A stretch of DNA of 57,691 nt, taken from an uncultured Acidobacteriaceae bacterium. GTDB lineage: Bacteria; Acidobacteriota; Terriglobia; Terriglobales; Acidobacteriaceae. Shown here in pieces: positions 53,352-57,691 of this stretch. The notes below the pieces were generated by a model that saw only the letters and a program-made list of their open reading frames with translations, made no database searches and had not been told where the DNA came from. Both the position numbers and the translations under genes were made by a program. The stretch's first letter is position 1; every line of letters starts with the position of its first letter. Location of the stretch: positions 1-57,691 of the forward strand of contig CAXTWN010000004.1 of assembly GCA_964248055.1 (NCBI GenBank), read 5' to 3'.

Positions 53352-54420
53352 AGCCGCCACGCTGCGCCGTACGCTCGCCGCCGTTTGGTGGGCCCTGCTG
53401 CCGTGTCTGCTCTGCAGCCTTCCCGCCCAGGCGCAGAAGGCTCTGGACGTTGCCGCCTGCGCCAAATGCCACGCCGCGCAGTCCGTCCCGCAGCTTCAGA
53501 CCCCCATGGGCCAGGCCATGCAGATCCACGGCCATAACCCCACCCTGGAGGCTCACCCCAAGCTGACCTTCACCGCGGGCAAGTACACCTATACCGTGGC
53601 AACCCACGCCGGCGTCACGCAGTACACCGTCACCGACGGTACGGACACCATCTCACAGCCCGTGCAGTGGACCATGGGCGCCAAGGCCCAGACCTGGATT
53701 CTGCAGCGCGACGGCAAGCTGTACGAAAGCCTGGTCAGCTACTACCCGGCCATCAACGGCCTGGACATCACCACCGGCGACGAACGCCTGCACCCCGCCA
53801 CCCTCCTTGAGGCGATGGGCCGCCGCTTCGGCGACCAGGACGCCAAAGCCTGCTTCGGCTGCCACGCCACCAATGCGGTCGCCGCCCACAAGCTGAACCT
53901 CGACTGGCTGCAGCCCGGCCTCACCTGCGAGCACTGCCACACGGACGCCGCCGCGCACCTCGCCCACATCTCCCGCGGCGATGACAGCGTTCTTCCCCGG
54001 GACCTCAGCGCGCTCTCCTCAGAAGACATGTCCAACTTCTGCGGCCAGTGCCACCGCACCTGGGACACCGTCGTCCGCTCCCATTGGCTGAACAGCTCCA
54101 ACGTTCGCTTCCAGCCGTACCGCCTGGCCAACAGCCGCTGCTTCGACGGCACCGATCCCCGCATCAGCTGCGTCGCCTGCCACAACCCCCATGAGGACGT
54201 GAAGCACGACGCCGCCTACTATGACACCAAGTGCCTGGCCTGCCACTCCCCCGCGGTCACCGTCTCGGCCAGCAACACCATCCACGCCAAACCCTGCCCC
54301 GTGGCCAACAACCACTGCGCCAGCTGCCACATGCCCAAAGTCCCACTCCCCAACGGCCACCTGGTCTTCACCGACCACGACATCCGGGTCGTAAAACCCG
54401 GCGCCCCGTATCCAAATTAG
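53338..54420 (+). CDS. Multiheme c-type cytochrome, 7 CxxCH motifs
   Basis: CAKCH, CFGCH, CEHCH, CGQCH, CVACH, CLACH, CASCH; signal peptide; overlaps the TPR gene end by 14 bp. Confidence 0.92.
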   Translation: MAPSRAATLRRTLAAVWWALLPCLLCSLPAQAQKALDVAACAKCHAAQSVPQLQTPMGQAMQIHGHNPTLEAHPKLTFTAGKYTYTVATHAGVTQYTVTDGTDTISQPVQWTMGAKAQTWILQRDGKLYESLVSYYPAINGLDITTGDERLHPATLLEAMGRRFGDQDAKACFGCHATNAVAAHKLNLDWLQPGLTCEHCHTDAAAHLAHISRGDDSVLPRDLSALSSEDMSNFCGQCHRTWDTVVRSHWLNSSNVRFQPYRLANSRCFDGTDPRISCVACHNPHEDVKHDAAYYDTKCLACHSPAVTVSASNTIHAKPCPVANNHCASCHMPKVPLPNGHLVFTDHDIRVVKPGAPYPN

Positions 54421-54671
54421 AGGAGCGGGAGCACCTCGGACGTGGGGTGCGTAGCCTCTGTGAGGCTACTTTCCTCTGTGTGACTCTAAAATGAGCTAAG
54501 CTCGCCGAAGATTCTCGGTCATTGCACAATTGTCGGCCGCAAGGGAGTGGAACAGCTGACGGTGGGGTTCTAGTAAAGGGACTCATCGCACCTCTTCACC
54601 CGTCCAGCACAGAACGTGTGTTGTGAGGCTAACCTTCCCGGCGTTTCCACTCTCAATCGAAAGCTTCTTTC

Positions 54672-55448
54672 ATGCCTGCCTGCTCCGTGCGCCTCTTCGG
54701 CGTTCTCTCTGCCTTGTTGTGTGTCAGCACCCTGTTGGCCCACGCAGAACCTATTCATGTTCGCTACCGGCAGGGCTCCAGCCACGGCTTCGTCGCCTTG
54801 AAGACCCTCGACGGGCAACTGATCGCCACGGGCGAGGCGACGCAAACAGTTCGTGGCGACCAGGTCACCTCCAGACTTACCTTCCGGTTTCGGGACGGTT
54901 CTTTGGACGAGGACCTTACGGTCTTCACGCAACGCGGTACCTTCCGGCTGGTGCAGGATCACCACATCCAGCACGGCCCCTCGTTCCCCACCCCCACGGA
55001 TGTCCTGATCGATGCAGCCTCCGGGCAGGTGACCTCTCGCGGTGAGGATGGAAAGCGGACGGAGGAGCACTTGGACCTGCCTGCCGACATCTCCAATGGC
55101 CTTCCACTGGATCTCCTGCTCAACATCCTTCCGTCCACCCCCGAGACGAAGATCTCGTATGTTGTGCCCGGCGCCAAGCCTCGGCTCATCCACGTCTCCA
55201 TCAAACCGACTGGAACTCTCGCCTTCAGGGTAGGGAACATGCGTCCCTTGGCCACTGATTTCACCCTCCATGTAGAGTTCCTCGGCATCAGCGGCATCGT
55301 CGCCCCGCTGGTCGGCAAACAGCCTCCCGACTATCACATCTGGATTCTGACCGGCAGGCCGCCCGCCCTCGTCCGGGAGGAAGGGCAGATGTACGAGGGC
55401 GGCCCAATCTGGAGGGTGGAGCAGATCAGCCCCAGCTTCGCCCGGTAG
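54672..55448 (+). CDS. Hypothetical secreted protein
   Basis: 258 aa, clear signal peptide (..VSTLLAHA-EP), beta-rich composition; no recognised motif. Confidence 0.7.
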   Translation: MPACSVRLFGVLSALLCVSTLLAHAEPIHVRYRQGSSHGFVALKTLDGQLIATGEATQTVRGDQVTSRLTFRFRDGSLDEDLTVFTQRGTFRLVQDHHIQHGPSFPTPTDVLIDAASGQVTSRGEDGKRTEEHLDLPADISNGLPLDLLLNILPSTPETKISYVVPGAKPRLIHVSIKPTGTLAFRVGNMRPLATDFTLHVEFLGISGIVAPLVGKQPPDYHIWILTGRPPALVREEGQMYEGGPIWRVEQISPSFAR

Positions 55449-55596
55449 CCTTGCCGCCGCTGTTAGACGGGAGAGCATAGGTCGTAGCAGCCGACATGGT
55501 GTTTGCTTCCGGGCTGCAGGAGAAGCTTCACGGTGCGCAGCCACGGGACTGCGGGCGAGGCCGTCCCGCTTTGAAGCGCATCGAAACAGGCTGAGC

Positions 55597-56181
55597 ATGG
55601 ATCACACCTCCCCAGCGGCGCCGGAAGATCTTTGGCAGGCGCTGGGACAGATGCTCAGAAGCCCGGTACGAACCCTCGTTCCCCCTTGGAGTTGGAAGGC
55701 CGCGGCCTTCAGCGCCGCGCTGCGAGCGATGACGTTCTTTGTGACCAACCTGCGGTCCGGCCGTTGGCAGGCAACAAAGGCCATGCTCGTGGAGGCCCTC
55801 TTCGCCGTCTTTGCGGGCGGTCTCATCGGCGCCATCTCACAGCAGCTGCGGCGAGCGAAACCCCTTTGGGCTACGGCCCTGCTGGTCTGGGCAGGGCTCC
55901 CCGGAGTGATGATCCTCGCACAGTTCGCCGTACACCGCATCGCCGGGACGCCCCACCTGGGCACCGGTCTTGTCACGTCCTTCTGTCTTGCGGCCGTTGC
56001 CTCTGCCTTCAGTTGGTACGCCATGCGGCAAGGCGCGATGCTGGGCGGCACCGATCAGACATCCGTGATCCACGACCTCAAGTCCCTGCCCGGCATCCTG
56101 CTGAGCTTCCTCCTTGTGATCCCGCACCTGGTCATGCCAAACACCGCAGACGGCGGCAAACAACCGTCGCGCAACGGCTGA
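55597..56181 (+). CDS. Hypothetical integral membrane protein
   Basis: 194 aa with about 4-5 hydrophobic segments. Confidence 0.65.
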   Translation: MDHTSPAAPEDLWQALGQMLRSPVRTLVPPWSWKAAAFSAALRAMTFFVTNLRSGRWQATKAMLVEALFAVFAGGLIGAISQQLRRAKPLWATALLVWAGLPGVMILAQFAVHRIAGTPHLGTGLVTSFCLAAVASAFSWYAMRQGAMLGGTDQTSVIHDLKSLPGILLSFLLVIPHLVMPNTADGGKQPSRNG

Positions 56182-56309
56182 GTAGACCTGTCGAGGCGTA
56201 CCTCAAGGTACGGGACGACGCGCAGCTCAGTTGCCGATGCCACCTCACTCGAGCCCACCTCGCGCTACCCGTCCGAGAACCGCAACGAGCGACACACACC
56301 GGAAGATCC

Positions 56310-57452
56310 CTACTGCCCCGGCCCCTTTCGCTGCTGCTCCTCCGTGAGCTTTGCGACAATCTCGCGCTGCTTGGCCCCGTCCTCCGGACGATGCAGCTTG
56401 TAGTACACCGTGGCCAGTTCCACGTGCGGGTCCAGCCAGGTCGGGTCCACCTTGATTACCGCTTCCAGGTTGGTCGCCGCCGACGCATACTGCCCCGAGT
56501 AGCTGTCCCACAACGCACTCTCATAGCGCGCCATGGTCGACTTCGGGTCCACCTGGACCGCCACATCCAGGAAGGGCTTCGCTGCTGCCAGCTCCCGGCG
56601 TTTCAGCAGAATCGCCCCCAGATAGAGGTTGGCATCCGGGTCCTTCGGGTTCCCCTGGATCGCCTGCCGAAACGCAACCTCCGCGTCCTGCGGATCGCCG
56701 CAGCGGTCGCGCGCGATGCCCGCCAGCGCTGCCACCCGCGGCAGCTTCGGATTCAGCTGCAACGCCTGATCCAGATCCTTGCGCGCCGCGGCCGACTCAT
56801 GCAGATACAGCAGCGTCGACCCAGCCAGAAAGTACGCATCCGCCGCATGCGTTGCATCGGCGACCTGCTGCAGCCTGGCAACGCCATCGCGCCGCTTGCC
56901 GGAGCCCACCAGCGCCGTCCCCAGCACAAACTCGAAGTCCATATTGCCGGCGTTGGCCGCCTCCAGCGGCTGGAGCATCGCCGCCGCCGCCGCCGCCTGG
57001 CCCGAGCGCACCTCGCTGTCGCCCAACAGGATCGCCAGCTGCACATTTGTCGGCTGCTCCTTCTGCACCTGGTCGAACTCCCGGATCGCGTCGGGCAGGT
57101 CGCCCTTTTTGTAAAACGCCAGCCCCAGGTTCATCCGGATCTCGGCGTTCTGTGGCATCGCGTCCAGCGCCAGCCGGTACTGCGCGATCGCCTCATCGAA
57201 CCGCCCCACATGCGCCAGCGCCGCACCCAGGTTCACCCGGGCATCCGTGAGCTTCGGCTCTAACTGCAGCAGCTTCTGGTAGTCGCGGATGGCAGCGGGG
57301 AAGTCTCCCCGCTGCTGCGCCTCCATCGCCGACCCAAACAGCCGGTCCGCGTCCGCCTGCTGCGCCTCCGCGGCGCCACACGCAAGCAAACACACCAACA
57401 CCCACCCAGCCCCACACCAAAACGCGAGCAACGACCGAAGCACCCGACGCAT
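56310..57452 (-). CDS. Secreted tetratricopeptide repeat protein
   Basis: Signal WVLVCLLACGAAEA; TPRs ARVNLGAAL, IRMNLGLAFYKKGD, ALQLNP, ANLYLGAIL. Start moved to ATG 57452. Confidence 0.88.
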   Translation of the reverse strand: MRRVLRSLLAFWCGAGWVLVCLLACGAAEAQQADADRLFGSAMEAQQRGDFPAAIRDYQKLLQLEPKLTDARVNLGAALAHVGRFDEAIAQYRLALDAMPQNAEIRMNLGLAFYKKGDLPDAIREFDQVQKEQPTNVQLAILLGDSEVRSGQAAAAAAMLQPLEAANAGNMDFEFVLGTALVGSGKRRDGVARLQQVADATHAADAYFLAGSTLLYLHESAAARKDLDQALQLNPKLPRVAALAGIARDRCGDPQDAEVAFRQAIQGNPKDPDANLYLGAILLKRRELAAAKPFLDVAVQVDPKSTMARYESALWDSYSGQYASAATNLEAVIKVDPTWLDPHVELATVYYKLHRPEDGAKQREIVAKLTEEQQRKGPGQ

Positions 57453-57572
57453 GCCTTCAGCATACCCGCGCTCGTGCAAGCTCAGGACGGTCAGCACACG
57501 TCTGCAATGCTTTGCTCACACCTCGATCCCGCTGCTTCCGTCCTTGAGCTGTCCCAATCCTTGACAAGAGGC

Positions 57573-57632
57573 GTCATCTCGACCGGAGCGAACAGCTTTA
57601 TCGGTCGCGTAGCGGAGAGACCCCCGCATTCT
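57573..57632. repeat. REP-like intergenic element (GTCATCTCGACCGGAGCG...GCGTAGCGGAGAGACC)
   Basis: GTCAT-initiated imperfect palindrome resembling repeats recalled from Acidobacteria; single copy in this window. Confidence 0.5.
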
Positions 57633-57691
57633 GCCTGCAGCCGCACCCCGCACCCGGGGAGCGGCCCAGATCCCTCCCCCCCCCCCAAGAG

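Noticed and set aside
57672-57691. Poly-C tract at the window end
   Set aside because: Not in a recognisable gene and at the sequence edge; cannot support phase variation.

Overview
High-GC bacterial DNA whose gene content looks like Acidobacteriota (inference: Oar-type TonB-dependent receptors, CRTAC1/ASPIC-UnbV proteins, many secreted TPR proteins). About 1.5-39.1 kb is an apparently lower-GC glycan-utilisation island. It carries three GH2, GH92, GH125, GH76, GH38, a frameshifted GH43, a lactonase, an MFS sugar porter plus a remnant of a second one, and two LacI regulators. Two distinct palindromic operators can be read from the sequence: TGACAACGTTGTCA (3 copies) and ATGGWATCGCTACCAT (2 copies). 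The best candidate for an undescribed system is a SusD-less module present twice with the same layout (10.7-22.2 kb and 46.3-54.4 kb): a divergent secreted TPR protein, an Oar-type TonB receptor followed by a hairpin, a CRTAC1 (FG-GAP/ASPIC-UnbV) protein, and an exported c-type heme protein. The heme protein is a one-CxxCH PD40/TPR propeller in copy 1 and a seven-CxxCH cytochrome in copy 2. Copy 1 also includes a chorismatase-like Rid protein. The rest of the window holds an amidase, a partial nonulosonic-acid-type trio (PglF/CapD-like, neuC, DegT), two unknown tandem paralogues, two ferritin-like (PCC13-62-type) proteins with twin-arginine motifs, and REP-like elements at both ends. All family assignments come from motif recognition by eye; no searches were run.
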